64,000 nucleotides of DNA from an uncultured candidate division Zixibacteria bacterium (GCA_963713865.1 OY970208.1:1120001-1184000); one strand, 5' to 3'. Shown: positions 10,786 through 21,624, counted from the stretch's first letter. Program-made: numbers and translations. Notes: generated by a model from the sequence alone, not told the origin.

Positions 10786-11439
10786 ATGAGCACAATTCTT
10801 AAAACTAAAAAGGAAATAATAGAGATAGGGAAAAGGATGTATAATAAAGGGTATGTGGTGGCATCTGAGGGAAATATGAGTATCCGGCTGGGGGAAAATA
10901 AAATTCTGATCACTCCATCTGGTAAAAATAAAGGATTGCTTAAGGAGAAGGACTTAGTTGTAGTTGACCTGAAAGGAAAAAAACTTTCCGGTCCGCAGGA
11001 TCCAAATTCGGAAAATTTAAAACCTTCTTCTGAGCTTTTAATGCATCTTTTCGTCTATCAGAAAAGGAAAGATGTCAGTGCAGTGGTGCATGCTCATCCT
11101 CCCTATTCCTTAGCTTTTGCCTCTGCTCATCTTCCTTTAGCCCGAAATTTATTGCCGGAAGTGATTATGTTCTTAGGGGAAATTCCTTTAGCTGCTTATG
11201 CTACTCCCTCTACTGAAGAGGTCCCAAAATCTTTATCTTCATTCATAGAGAAGCATAATGCTTTCCTGCTTGAAAATCACGGGGTCTTAATCCTGGGTAA
11301 AGATATATTTGAAGCTTATAGTCGTCTGGAGATGGTAGAGCATTTAGCTGAGGTTAATTTATTATGCAGAATTTTAGGGAAAACAGAAGAGCTATCAAAA
11401 GAATCTTTAGATAAATTAGAAAAGTTGAAAAGGATATGA
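10786..11439 (+). CDS. Class II aldolase/adducin family protein (FucA-like)
   Basis: GNMSIR, ITPSG, KPSSELLMH, VVHAHPPY, LLENHG. Confidence 0.88.
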   Translation: MSTILKTKKEIIEIGKRMYNKGYVVASEGNMSIRLGENKILITPSGKNKGLLKEKDLVVVDLKGKKLSGPQDPNSENLKPSSELLMHLFVYQKRKDVSAVVHAHPPYSLAFASAHLPLARNLLPEVIMFLGEIPLAAYATPSTEEVPKSLSSFIEKHNAFLLENHGVLILGKDIFEAYSRLEMVEHLAEVNLLCRILGKTEELSKESLDKLEKLKRI

Positions 11440-12633
11440 GAAAAGTTATAGTGGAAAAAGCCGAAAGGTTAGAGAAGATCCCACCTTACCCCTTGTTTGA
11501 CATCAATCGAACCCTGAAGAGGCTGGATAAAAAAGGAGTGGAGATAATCGATTTAGGTCGATTCGATCCTGCTTTTTCTTTACCTGATTCAATTCAAAAG
11601 GTCTTGTCTTCGCTTTATACTAAAGAGAACTTCAGTTATGCCGAAGCTTCTGAGGTCTTAAAATTAAAAGAGATTTTTTCTGTTCTGGTTCAAAAAAAGA
11701 TATGGGATTCTGTTAAATCCTAAAACCGAGATTTTATTCTATACAAGCAAAAGAGAAATTATAGCTCAATTATCCCTCTTTTTCATCAACCCGGGGGATA
11801 AGGTTTTCATAACTGAGCCTTCCAGTCAGATTTACAAAGGTTGTACCCTGTTAGCTGAAGGAGAGATAGAAGTCCTTCCTCTTTTAGAAAGGAACGATTA
11901 TCTTCCGAATTTAAACCCTCTAAAAGGTCAAAGTAAAAATAAGCGTAAGTTTTTCTTTTTAAACTTTCCTCATAATCCTACGGGTTCTTTAGCTGATCTT
12001 TTTTTCTATCAAGAATTAGTCGAGATAGCTTTAAAAAATAATATCCGAATAGTACAGGATGCTACCTATAACGAAATCTATTTTGATGAGCATTTACCTC
12101 CCAGTCTGATGCAGGTTGAAGATGGTAAAAAGGTTGGAGTGGAATTGCATTCGCTTTCAGCTGGCACAGGTCTTTCAGGATTAGATTGTGGTTTTATAGT
12201 TGGGAACAGGGAGATGATCTTCGGGCTGGATTCCCAGAACAAACTGTTTAGCCAAAGGCAGAACAGGTTTATACTTAAATTAGCTGAAGCTCTTCTGCAG
12301 GAATATGAGTCGGTAATAAGCAGGAACCGGAATGAGTATAAAATTAGAAGAGATATTATGATAGAAATCCTTTTGGGTTTGGGCTGGAGAGCAAAGAAAC
12401 CCAAGGCAACGCCATTTTTCTGGGCTCAAATACCTGGCAGGTATTCATCCTTAGGTTTTTGCCGGATGCTTTTGAGGAGGACCGGAGTCTTAGCTTCTCC
12501 AGGTATAGAATATGGAGGAATTGGAGAGGGTTTTATCCGGCTTAGCTTGAATCAGCCTAAGGAAAAGCTTAAAGAGGCAGGGGAAAGGATAAAAGACCAT
12601 TTCCATATCTGGCAGAAGAAGTACCGGAGCTAA
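11436..12633 (+). CDS. Class I/II PLP-aminotransferase-fold protein (LL-DAP aminotransferase-like); frameshift near 11674-11688; catalytic Lys replaced
   Basis: RLEKIPPY, IIDLG; the shifted frame is open from 11686 (WFKKRYG, NPGD, LNFPHNPTG, QDATYNEI) to 12633. The canonical SLSK motif reads SLSA. Confidence 0.8.
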
Positions 12634-12637
12634 AGAG

Positions 12638-12994
12638 ATGGGTATAATCAGACTGCATAATATGATCTTCTACGGGTTTCACGGGGTTTCTTCTGCTGAA
12701 AAGGAGACGGGTAGGAGATTTGAGGTGGATCTGGAGCTTTCCTTAGATTTATCCAGGGCAGAGCAAAGTGACAGATTGAAAGACACAGTAAATTATAAGG
12801 AGGTCTATCAGACTGTAAATGAGATTATTACTGGAGAACACTTTTCCCTTATAGAGGCGCTTGCCAGCCGCATAGCGGATGCTGTATTACTAAAGTTTAA
12901 ACCTGATCTGGTCAGGGTAAAGGTAAGGAAGAAGATACCTCCAGTACCGGGTAATTTAGATGACATCGAAGTAGAGATCGAAAGAAAGAAGTAG
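12638..12994 (+). CDS. folB: Dihydroneopterin aldolase
   Basis: FYGFHGV, SDRLKDTVNY, LIEALA; adjacent to folK. Confidence 0.92.
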   Translation: MGIIRLHNMIFYGFHGVSSAEKETGRRFEVDLELSLDLSRAEQSDRLKDTVNYKEVYQTVNEIITGEHFSLIEALASRIADAVLLKFKPDLVRVKVRKKIPPVPGNLDDIEVEIERKK

Positions 12995-13019
12995 ATTTAA
13001 TATAAAGGAAGCGTGGAAA

Positions 13020-13520
13020 TTGGCAATCGTTTATCTCGGTCTGGGCTCGAATAAAGGGGATAGGGAAAAAAGTCTAAATCTGGCTTTAAAAGAGCTAAAA
13101 AGTTTAAAGCCTATTAAAATCCTAAAAATTTCATCTATCTACGAGACCGAGCCGGTGGGCTTTAAAGCTCAAAACTGGTTTCTAAATGCAGCGGTTAAAA
13201 TTAAGACCAAACTACCCCCCTTGGAACTATTCTATACCCTGCAGGGGATAGAAAGAAAAATGGGCAGAAGGAAAGGGAAAAGATGGGGTCCCAGAAAAAT
13301 AGACCTGGATATGCTCCTTTTTGACAGGATAGTTATGAAAGATGATAAACTCATCCTTCCCCATCCAGAGATGCACAAAAGAAGATTCGTCTTAATCCCT
13401 TTGATAGAATTAGGCGTAAGGTGGAAACACCCGGTTTTGAATTTGACTCCTAAAAGGCTTTTGGAGAATATTGAGAAAGTTCAGGAGATAAAATTATTTA
13501 AATCCTGCGGATCAAAATAG
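13020..13520 (+). CDS. folK: 2-amino-4-hydroxy-6-hydroxymethyldihydropteridine diphosphokinase
   Basis: YLGLGSNKGD, SSIYETEP, WGPRKIDLDML, LPHPEMHKRRFVL. Confidence 0.95.
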   Translation: MAIVYLGLGSNKGDREKSLNLALKELKSLKPIKILKISSIYETEPVGFKAQNWFLNAAVKIKTKLPPLELFYTLQGIERKMGRRKGKRWGPRKIDLDMLLFDRIVMKDDKLILPHPEMHKRRFVLIPLIELGVRWKHPVLNLTPKRLLENIEKVQEIKLFKSCGSK

Positions 13521-13527
13521 GAAGGAA

Positions 13528-14169
13528 ATGGCAGAGTTAAATTATATTGTTATAGAGGGGGCAATCGGGGCTGGAAAAACCAGCCTAGCTCAGCTTTTAG
13601 CTGAAAGGTTCGGAGCTTCTCTGGTATTAGAGGAAGTGGAGAAAAATCCTTTCTTAATGGATTTTTATAAAGACCGAAAAAGGTTTGCCTTTCAGACTCA
13701 GGTTTATTTTCTTTTGTCCAGGTTCAAACAGCAACAGGAGCTGCTGGAAAGGGACCTTTTCAGATCCAGGGTGATAAGCGATTACCTATTCTGGAAAGAC
13801 CGGATCTTCGCCTCCATAACTCTGAGCGAGAGGGAGCTTTATTTGTATGAAAAAATATTGCCCATATTGGAAAAAGACATATCCAAACCTGATCTGGTAA
13901 TTTATCTGCAAACCGCACCAGAGCTTCTACTTAAAAGAATCAAAGAAAAGGGAAGAGATTTTGAAAAGAGTTTGGATTCTGAATATATCTCTCATCTGGT
14001 GGAATCATATAACCATTTCTTTTTTCATTACAATTCAAGCCCTCTTTTGGTGGTGAAAAATGATAATTTAGACTTACAGCGAAAGCCAGGACAATTAGAG
14101 GACTTGATAAATATAATCAAAGAACAGAAAGAAGGGACCAGGTATTACGTGCCTGCAGTTGAAGGATGA
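13528..14169 (+). CDS. Deoxynucleoside kinase
   Basis: IEGAIGAGKT, NPFLMDFY, PDLVIYL; usual folK-panB context. Confidence 0.9.
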   Translation: MAELNYIVIEGAIGAGKTSLAQLLAERFGASLVLEEVEKNPFLMDFYKDRKRFAFQTQVYFLLSRFKQQQELLERDLFRSRVISDYLFWKDRIFASITLSERELYLYEKILPILEKDISKPDLVIYLQTAPELLLKRIKEKGRDFEKSLDSEYISHLVESYNHFFFHYNSSPLLVVKNDNLDLQRKPGQLEDLINIIKEQKEGTRYYVPAVEG

Positions 14170-15026
14170 ACTTTATGCCAGTTGACAAAAATCTTACAGC
14201 AGCTACGCCGGGCAAAGCTCCTCGGAGAGAAGAAAAAGTTACGGTTAAGACTTTCCTCAAGATGAAACAGAAGGGGGAAAAGATTGTTATCTTAACTGCT
14301 TATGATTTTTTCACTGCTAAAATCCTGGATGAGCTTGGAATAGATTCTATCTTAGTGGGAGATTCAGCCAACATGGTCTTTTACGGGGTAAAGAATACCC
14401 TTTCTATAACTTTAGAGCAAATGCTCTATCATACTAAAGCGGTCTCAAGTGCAGTTAAAAGAGCACTGGTCATAGGAGATATGCCCTTTCTATCCTATCA
14501 AACTTCAATTTCAGAGGCGATTTTGAATGCAGGGAGATTTTTGAAAGAGGGAGGGGCGGAGGGGGTAAAGATCGAAGGGGGAATAGAGATGGTTGAGACA
14601 GTCAAAAGGCTCATAGAAGTCGGGATACCAGTAATGGGCCATATCGGGATGACCCCTCAATCGACTGGTAAATTTGGAGGCTATTCTGTGCAGGGGAAAA
14701 ATGAGAAAGGGGCACAATATCTTTTAGATAGTGCTAAAGCCCTGGAAGAGGCGGGCTGTTTCTCTATAGTCTTAGAATGTATTCCGAAAGAGCTGGCAAA
14801 AAAGATAACATCTACCCTTAAAATTCCTACCATCGGAATCGGTGCGGGACTGGATTGCGATGGACAGGTGTTAGTAGTTAATGATATCTTGGGACTTTAT
14901 GAAGAGTTTAAACCCAAATTCGTAAGAAGATATGCGGAACTGGCTAAAGAGATAAGAAAAGCCTGCAAGAATTTCATAGAGGATGTGAAAGCTAAAAAAT
15001 ATCCTGCCGAAGAGGAGAGTTATTGA
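14166..15026 (+). CDS. panB: 3-methyl-2-oxobutanoate hydroxymethyltransferase
   Basis: LTAYD, LVGDS, DMPFLSY, VKIEGG, GHIGMTPQ, IGIGAG. Confidence 0.96.
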   Translation: MNFMPVDKNLTAATPGKAPRREEKVTVKTFLKMKQKGEKIVILTAYDFFTAKILDELGIDSILVGDSANMVFYGVKNTLSITLEQMLYHTKAVSSAVKRALVIGDMPFLSYQTSISEAILNAGRFLKEGGAEGVKIEGGIEMVETVKRLIEVGIPVMGHIGMTPQSTGKFGGYSVQGKNEKGAQYLLDSAKALEEAGCFSIVLECIPKELAKKITSTLKIPTIGIGAGLDCDGQVLVVNDILGLYEEFKPKFVRRYAELAKEIRKACKNFIEDVKAKKYPAEEESY

Positions 15027-15046
15027 GTAGCAAGGAGTTAGGGAAA

Positions 15047-15198
15047 AAGATTACTCAGGCATCTTTAGATGAACTCTATTATTATAGAATACTTTCAAGG
15101 GATTTGGGTTTTATTCAGGATAGTAAGAACTCTATGAACCAAATCGAAGAGACAGCAAAATGTTATCAGGGTTAATAAAATCTATTAAGACAAGATAA
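15047..15198 (+). pseudogene. C-terminal remnant of a four-helix-bundle (23S IVP/S23-like) protein gene
   Basis: Translates KITQASLDELYYYRILSRDLGFI...QIEETAK, then after a frameshift MLSGLIKSIKTR*. No N-terminal half or start codon. Confidence 0.6.
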
Positions 15199-15302
15199 GA
15201 ATGTTTTCCATCATACCAATCTACTCGTCACTCACTACTGGCATTAGCGTAATGTTAAGACGGAAAAGAAAATCCCAAAAGTGACACAGCCATTTTAAGA
15301 CT

Positions 15303-16151
15303 ATGCATCTAATCTCCTCCCCTAAAAAAATGCAACAGCTTGCCCTTTCCCTCAAACGGAAAGGTAAGAAAATCTCTTTTGTGCCTACGATGGGGGCTTT
15401 GCATCAGGGGCATTTGAGTTTGGTTAAAAGGGCAAAAAAATTGGGGGATTTTGTGGTGGCAAGTGTTTTTATTAATCCTACACAGTTTGGGCCTAAAGAG
15501 GATTATAAAAAATATCCCAGGGATTTTAAAAAGGATAAAGAATTGCTCCAAAAAGCTGGATGTGACCTTGTTTTTGCTCCGAGGGTAAAGGATATATATC
15601 CAGAAGTATATTTAACTTATGTTAATGTCGATGAACTCTCGGAGAAATTGGAAGGTGCTTCCAGGCCCGGGCATTTTAAAGGGGTATGCACGATTGTGGC
15701 TAAGCTTTTCAATATAGTTATGCCGGATTATGCTATTTTCGGGCAGAAGGATGCTCAGCAGGCGATTATCATCAAAAAAATGACAGAGGATTTGAACTTT
15801 CCGGTCAGGATAATCGTATCTCCAACAATAAGAGAAAAAGATGGACTTGCCTGTAGTTCCAGAAATAGTTATCTTAACCCTGAAGAGAGGAAACAGGCTA
15901 AAGTGTTGTACCAGGCTCTAAAACTGGGAGAGAAGCTGATTAAAGCTGGTGAAAAAAATCCGAAAAAAATCGTAAATAAGATGAGGAAGCTGATTAATAA
16001 GGAAAAACTGGCAAGAATAGATTATATTTCCCTGACCGATAATGAAAAATTGGAATCGATAGAGATAATCAAAGGTGAAATTCTTCTCTCTTTAGCGGTG
16101 AAATTCGGCAAGACCAGATTAATAGATAATATGAAACTAAAAGCAAAATAA
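15303..16151 (+). CDS. panC: Pantoate--beta-alanine ligase
   Basis: [48 protein letters not shown]. Confidence 0.96.
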   Translation: MHLISSPKKMQQLALSLKRKGKKISFVPTMGALHQGHLSLVKRAKKLGDFVVASVFINPTQFGPKEDYKKYPRDFKKDKELLQKAGCDLVFAPRVKDIYPEVYLTYVNVDELSEKLEGASRPGHFKGVCTIVAKLFNIVMPDYAIFGQKDAQQAIIIKKMTEDLNFPVRIIVSPTIREKDGLACSSRNSYLNPEERKQAKVLYQALKLGEKLIKAGEKNPKKIVNKMRKLINKEKLARIDYISLTDNEKLESIEIIKGEILLSLAVKFGKTRLIDNMKLKAK

Positions 16152-16164
16152 AAGGTATAAATAT

Positions 16165-16518
16165 ATGATGATAGCGGTTTGCAAGTCGAAAATCCACCGG
16201 GTGAAGGTTACGGATGCCAATCTAAACTATGAAGGGAGTATAACCATCGATCAGGCACTTTTAAAAAAAGTGAATATAATCCCCTATGAGATGGTTCAGG
16301 TAGTTAATATCAATAACGGCGCCAGGTTTGAGACCTACGTTATTCCTGGAAAAGCAAATTCTGGAATAATCTGTCTTAATGGACCTGCTGCCCGGCTGGG
16401 CGAAGTCGGGGACATTTTAATCGTGATCTCCTATGCCTGGATGGAAAAAAAAGAAGCTTTTAGATTTAAACCAAAAGTTGTTTACGTCGATAAGAATAAT
16501 AAGCTCAAGAAAAGATGA
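16165..16518 (+). CDS. panD: Aspartate 1-decarboxylase
   Basis: [29 protein letters not shown]. Confidence 0.96.
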   Translation: MMIAVCKSKIHRVKVTDANLNYEGSITIDQALLKKVNIIPYEMVQVVNINNGARFETYVIPGKANSGIICLNGPAARLGEVGDILIVISYAWMEKKEAFRFKPKVVYVDKNNKLKKR

Positions 16519-17303
16519 ATCCTGACTTAAAGAAGGTCGGTTGCGTAATCTTAGCTGCGGGCAAAGGGGTAAGGATGAAGTCCGACCTCCCCAAGGTTCT
16601 CCACAGATTAGCTGGAAAACCACTTTTATCTTATGTTTTAGATACAGTTCAAAGTTTAGGTCTGAAAAGAGTTGCCGTTGTAGTCGGGTATCAAGGAGAA
16701 AAGGTCGTTGATTTAACAAAAGGTAAAAATGTGGAGATCGTCTGGCAAAGGGAACAGTTAGGCACCGGGCATGCGGTTATGCAGGCTGAGCCACTATTCT
16801 CTGACTTCAAGGGGGACCTCCTGGTACTTTACGGTGACGTTCCCTTAATCCGAGCCCAAACCATAATTGACCTGGTCGAAATTCACCAGACGAAGAAAGC
16901 CAAAGCCACTGTGCTTACAGCCATATTGGAAGATCCTAAAAGGTATGGAAGGATAGTCCGGAAAAAAGATGGTACCCTGGATAGAATCGTAGAAGATAAA
17001 GATGCTACTCCCGAGGAGAAGAAGATAAAGGAGATCAATTCAGGGGAGATCTGTTTTTCTGCTCCGGACCTGTTTGGTGCTTTAAAAAAGGTGAAAAGGA
17101 ATAATCTGCAAAAGGAATATTATCTTACCGATGTTTTGAAGATATTGAGAGAAGGAGGTGAGACGGTAGAAGCGGTGCTGGTTAAAAATCGATGGGAAAC
17201 TGAAGGGATTAACTCCACTCTGGAATTGAAGCAGATGGAGGAATACCTTTCAAACAAGAAGATTGAATCTGGCGTAAATAAATTAAGCTTGACAAAAAAA
17301 TGA
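16515..17303 (+). CDS. Sugar-phosphate nucleotidyltransferase (GlmU N-terminal uridyltransferase domain only)
   Basis: [44 protein letters not shown]; no hexapeptide acetyltransferase domain. Confidence 0.85.
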   Translation: MNPDLKKVGCVILAAGKGVRMKSDLPKVLHRLAGKPLLSYVLDTVQSLGLKRVAVVVGYQGEKVVDLTKGKNVEIVWQREQLGTGHAVMQAEPLFSDFKGDLLVLYGDVPLIRAQTIIDLVEIHQTKKAKATVLTAILEDPKRYGRIVRKKDGTLDRIVEDKDATPEEKKIKEINSGEICFSAPDLFGALKKVKRNNLQKEYYLTDVLKILREGGETVEAVLVKNRWETEGINSTLELKQMEEYLSNKKIESGVNKLSLTKK

Positions 17304-17341
17304 AAGAAGTTATATTAAATTATTTCTGGCAAGAGGGGAAA

Positions 17342-17761
17342 ATGAAAAAGGTTTTATTTCTAAACCTGATTACAGTTTTACTTTTAGTCTTCTTCTCTAC
17401 GGGTTTTAGTCAGCAGGGAAGTGTAGACGAACCAGCTATCAAATTAAAAGGGTCAAGTTTACTTGATCCCAGCCGGATGAAACTATACCAGAGCTATTCT
17501 TTTTCTTACTTTTATTCTGGCAAGCAAAGCGGGACATTCGGACTCTATACCAATACCTTAGAATACAAGATCTCCGAGCCTTTACTGGTTCGGGTTGGAC
17601 TGGGTTATCTGCATCAGCCTCTCTCTTTACTCAATAGAGGTAGCCAGGATCTCAAAGGTGTTATCCTACCCAATTTCCAGCTCTTTTATCAGCCGAGCAA
17701 AAATTTTTCACTCCGCATCAATTATTCCAGTATACCTGGCTGGTTAGAGTATGGATATTGA
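17342..17761 (+). CDS. Secreted hypothetical protein, probably beta-rich
   Basis: RBS GAGGGG, signal peptide, alternating aromatic strands (QSYSFSYF). Confidence 0.6.
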   Translation: MKKVLFLNLITVLLLVFFSTGFSQQGSVDEPAIKLKGSSLLDPSRMKLYQSYSFSYFYSGKQSGTFGLYTNTLEYKISEPLLVRVGLGYLHQPLSLLNRGSQDLKGVILPNFQLFYQPSKNFSLRINYSSIPGWLEYGY

Positions 17762-17876
17762 TGAGAGGAAGGTCGCCTTAAATTCTTTATTTGGTTTTTT
17801 CTTATAACGGGTTTTATCTAATATAGATTTTCTAATAGACTTTCTGCAGTGATGGATTTAATCTTTTCCTGAAATT

Positions 17877-18389
17877 ATGTTCAAGAGAAAAGGGAAGGTA
17901 AAAAGTTACCGGTTTTACCGGAAAAGGTCTAAGAAGAAAAAAGGTAGCAGATTTCTGGATCTGGGAATAGCCCTTTTAGGGATATTAACCATTTTATTTG
18001 TGCTCTCTTCAGTCAAAAGGCTAACCCAAACTCAAGCTGAAGGTAGTTTGAGGACAACTCCTTTACGGATACAGGTTTTGAATGCCTCAGGTCAAAGGCT
18101 TAATCCAGAGATTATAAAGTTAAAAATAGAAGAAAAAGATTTGAACCCTTATTTTTTGGTGGTTGTGGAACAAAAAGATTTTTCTGATTCCTTAGTTAAA
18201 GAAAGTCTACTTCTGGATAGAATGGGGGGAAAAGGGATTTCCAAACAGGTAGCTGAAAAGTTAGGATTGAAAAGGGAGAATATCCTTTTGGAGAAATTAG
18301 AGGGGAATTATCTTAATATAAGTTATACTTTGATTCTGGGTCAGGATTACCAGAAGCTATTAAAACTAAATGATCAAAAGGAGGAATAA
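17877..18389 (+). CDS. Membrane-anchored LytR C-terminal domain protein
   Basis: Basic N-terminus, one TM helix, RIQVLNASG...TLILGQDY; typical position upstream of rsfS. Confidence 0.7.
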   Translation: MFKRKGKVKSYRFYRKRSKKKKGSRFLDLGIALLGILTILFVLSSVKRLTQTQAEGSLRTTPLRIQVLNASGQRLNPEIIKLKIEEKDLNPYFLVVVEQKDFSDSLVKESLLLDRMGGKGISKQVAEKLGLKRENILLEKLEGNYLNISYTLILGQDYQKLLKLNDQKEE

Positions 18390-18398
18390 AAGCTCAAG

Positions 18399-18773
18399 TT
18401 GAAAATCTCTTCCCGGAGTTTAGCTAATTTGGTTGGCAGTTATGCCCTGGAGAAAAAAGCCTCGAAGATAGAGATTTTAGACCTTCGAAAGCTTACCGAC
18501 ATCACTGACTATTTCGTGATCTGCTCAGCTGAGGTGGCTCTGCACGCCAGAGCGATAGCGGATCATATTACCGAAAACTTAGAAGAAAAGGGGATAAAGT
18601 CCTGGCATTGTGAGGGACATCAAAGCTCCAGATGGATACTTTTAGATTATGTGGATGTGGTGGTGCATATATTCTTAGAGGAGAGTCGGGAATTTTACGG
18701 ACTGGAGAAACTATGGGGGGATGCGAAGGTAAAAGAGGTTAAGGAAAAAATTAAATCACCATTAAAAGAATAG
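18399..18773 (+). CDS. rsfS: Ribosome silencing factor
   Basis: DYFVICS, WILLDYVDVVVHIF, REFYGLEKLW. Confidence 0.93.
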   Translation: MKISSRSLANLVGSYALEKKASKIEILDLRKLTDITDYFVICSAEVALHARAIADHITENLEEKGIKSWHCEGHQSSRWILLDYVDVVVHIFLEESREFYGLEKLWGDAKVKEVKEKIKSPLKE

Positions 18774-18876
18774 ATCGACCGCTTTTAGATATTTCCTCTA
18801 TTAAGCAAGTTAAATGTGGATAATAAAAATTCAAGTATGAGGACATTAATCAAAACAAAATTTAAGAGGAGAATTT

Positions 18877-20124
18877 ATGGATATAGTAGAGCTTAAAAGT
18901 AAAACCGTATCTGAACTTCTGCAATTAGCGGAGGAGTTAGATATACCCGGCTGTGCAGGGTTGAGGAAACAGGACCTGATCTTCAAAATCCTGGAAGCAA
19001 AGACGGAGAAAAACGGGCTTATTTTCGCAGAAGGGGTCCTGGAGATTTTACCAGAGGGTTATGGTTTCCTGCGTTCTCCGGATTATAACTATCTTCCCGG
19101 TCCGGACGATATCTATGTCTCCCCTTCCCAGATAAAGAGGTTCGATTTGAGAAAGGGGGATACTATTTCCGGTCAGGTCAGGCCTCCCAAAGATTCAGAG
19201 AGGTATTTTGCCCTTTTGAAAATCGAGGCGGTGAATTTCGAAAATCCGGAAGTGGCTAAGCATAAAATCCTTTTTGATAACTTAACTCCTCTTTATGCGC
19301 AGAAAAGGATTAAGTTAGAGACTGTTACTGAAGAAGTCTCTATGCGGATAATGGATTTGATTTGCCCGGTTGGAAAAGGGCAAAGGGGATTGATTGTTTC
19401 TCCTCCTAAAGCAGGTAAGACCATTCTTCTTCAAAAGATGGCCAATAGCATTACCGCCAACCATCCGGAGATAAAGCTTATAGTGCTTTTGATCGATGAA
19501 AGGCCGGAAGAGGTGACGGATATGAAACGCTCGGTTAAGGGTGAGGTGGTAAGCTCCACTTTCGATGAGCCGGCAGACCGGCACGTGCAGGTAGCAGATA
19601 TGGTCATAGAAAAAGCAAAGAGATTGGTTGAACATCAACAACATGTGGTTATCCTTTTAGATAGCATCACCCGTTTGGCCCGGGCGCATAATGCAGTTGT
19701 TCCGCATAGCGGTAAGATCCTTTCCGGTGGAGTGGATGCTAATGCTTTGCAGAGGCCTAAAAGATTTTTTGGAGCGGCTCGAAATATAGAGGAGGGTGGG
19801 AGCTTGACCATTATGGCAACTGCCCTGATTGAGACCGGAAGCCGGATGGATGAGGTTATCTTTGAGGAGTTTAAAGGAACTGGAAACATGGAAATAGTCT
19901 TAGATCGGAGGCTTCAAGATCGCAGGATTTTTCCGGCTATGGATATCAACCGTTCAGGCACCCGTAAGGAAGAGCTTTTATTAACTGAGGAGGAGTTGAG
20001 TAAAATCTGGATCTTGAGGAGATTCTTGAATGAGATGAACTCAGTTGAGGCTATGGAGTTTTTACTGGACAGGATAAGAAAGACCAAAAACAATGGTAAA
20101 TTTTTGGAGTCAATGAAGGACTAA
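18877..20124 (+). CDS. rho: Transcription termination factor Rho
   Basis: [52 protein letters not shown]. Confidence 0.98.
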   Translation: MDIVELKSKTVSELLQLAEELDIPGCAGLRKQDLIFKILEAKTEKNGLIFAEGVLEILPEGYGFLRSPDYNYLPGPDDIYVSPSQIKRFDLRKGDTISGQVRPPKDSERYFALLKIEAVNFENPEVAKHKILFDNLTPLYAQKRIKLETVTEEVSMRIMDLICPVGKGQRGLIVSPPKAGKTILLQKMANSITANHPEIKLIVLLIDERPEEVTDMKRSVKGEVVSSTFDEPADRHVQVADMVIEKAKRLVEHQQHVVILLDSITRLARAHNAVVPHSGKILSGGVDANALQRPKRFFGAARNIEEGGSLTIMATALIETGSRMDEVIFEEFKGTGNMEIVLDRRLQDRRIFPAMDINRSGTRKEELLLTEEELSKIWILRRFLNEMNSVEAMEFLLDRIRKTKNNGKFLESMKD

Positions 20125-20220
20125 TTTTTTTGGGGTTCGTTTAACCTGCCCCTTTTTTATATACCATAACATTATAGTTGCTTGATTTGGCAAGTTTGTT
20201 TTGCTGAAGCGAAACTTTAC

Positions 20221-20445
20221 CCCACCCTACCCTCCCCTTTCTAATGAGAGGGAAGGGAGAGGTTTTTCTGTTAGATGAGGGGAACCCAAATGGTTATGGA
20301 GACCTTTTCTTCGTTGTTGAGAACACCAATCCTGTGGATCCCCAATTTTGGGTCTTGATGAAAAATTCGGACGAAAAGCAAAATCTACTTTACCTGAGAC
20401 AGATTGCTTCGTCGTCCCACCTATGGAAGACTCCTCGCAATTACA
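20221..20445. repeat. Intergenic repeat cluster (CCTCCCC...GGGAGAGG type and GATTGCTTCGTC...CCTCGCAAT type)
   Basis: Units shared with 10606-10652, 55901-55971 and 60664-60702. Confidence 0.6.
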
Positions 20446-20588
20446 ATTGATCAATTCCCTCGGTTCGGGCAGGAATCGTACTCCTACCCGGGAATGGGGT
20501 AAAACCCCTATCTCAGTATGGTGACCACACCCCCACAGTTTAATTTTGTCTTGCGATTTTTTGAAATTTTCTATAAGTTAGTTTCAAT

Positions 20589-21614
20589 ATGAGAGGAATG
20601 CCGATTTTAGGTATCACTATGGGTGATCCAGCTGGAATAGGTCCAGAGGTGGTCTTTAAATCGATAATAAGTCCCCAGGTTAAAAAGGTTTGTATCCCTT
20701 TAGTCTTTGGTTCCAAAGACGTTTTCTCTGAGACGATGAATAAATACGCTAAAGGTTATAAGTTAAATCAAGTCTATTCAATAGAAGAACTTAATAGAGA
20801 TAAAAAGGTTATAAATATTTTACATTGCACCGATTTGGATTATAAGAAGGTAAAAATTGGAGAAATTAATAAAACCTCAGGTGATATGGCAGCTTGCTGT
20901 TTAGTTTATGCAGTTCAGTTCGCTTTAGCCCGGGAAATAGATGGGATGGTGACTGCACCTTTATCCAAGAAGGGTCTAAAATCAGCCGGTTATGATTTTC
21001 CAGGACAGACTGAGATGATCGCTTTCCTTACTGCTTCCACTAAATTCGGGATGATGTTTGTAAGAGAGGATTTAAAACTTATCCTGGTAACCACCCATTT
21101 ACCTTTATCCAGAGTGAGCAGAGAGATCAATTCTCGGAAAGTTTTTGAAAAGATTGAGCTGGCAGATAAGGTTTTAAGGTTTTTATTCCGAATAAAATCA
21201 CCCAAAATCGGTGTCTGTGCTTTAAACCCTCATTCTGGAGAGGAAGGGCTTTTTGGAAAAGAGGAAAAAGAAGCGATTATACCTGCTATTAAAAAAGCTC
21301 AAGGAAATAAGATAAGAGCATTTGGTCCTTTTGCAGCTGATTCTATATTCGGTAAAGAATTTTCAGCTAAGTTCAATTGTATAATAGCGATGTATCATGA
21401 TCAAGGGCTTATTCCGATGAAAATAAACGGAGTAGGGAGCTCGATTAATCTCTCAGTTGGTATTCCAATCATCCGTACCTCTCCGGATTTCGGTACCGCC
21501 CTGGATATTGCAGGTAAAGGAAAGGCAGATCCAAAAGGGATGATTAAGGCTATAATTTTAGCGGTCAATTTGACAAAATCTGCAAAATATTTAGAGAAGG
21601 TCTGGTCTAATTAA
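20589..21614 (+). CDS. pdxA: 4-hydroxythreonine-4-phosphate dehydrogenase PdxA family
   Basis: ITMGDPAGIGPE, TAPLSK, TTHLPL, LNPHSGE, MYHDQG, IRTSPD; pdxJ is in the same window. Confidence 0.85.
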   Translation: MRGMPILGITMGDPAGIGPEVVFKSIISPQVKKVCIPLVFGSKDVFSETMNKYAKGYKLNQVYSIEELNRDKKVINILHCTDLDYKKVKIGEINKTSGDMAACCLVYAVQFALAREIDGMVTAPLSKKGLKSAGYDFPGQTEMIAFLTASTKFGMMFVREDLKLILVTTHLPLSRVSREINSRKVFEKIELADKVLRFLFRIKSPKIGVCALNPHSGEEGLFGKEEKEAIIPAIKKAQGNKIRAFGPFAADSIFGKEFSAKFNCIIAMYHDQGLIPMKINGVGSSINLSVGIPIIRTSPDFGTALDIAGKGKADPKGMIKAIILAVNLTKSAKYLEKVWSN

Positions 21615-21624
21615 AGGTAATTAA

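Noticed and set aside
20188-20204. Sigma54 promoter TGGCAAGTTTGTTTTGC
   Set aside because: GG-to-GC spacing is 12 nt rather than the required 10.
20227-20454. Small ORFs 20227-20454 (-) and 20244-20450 (+)
   Set aside because: They run through palindromic repeat elements and show no protein motifs.
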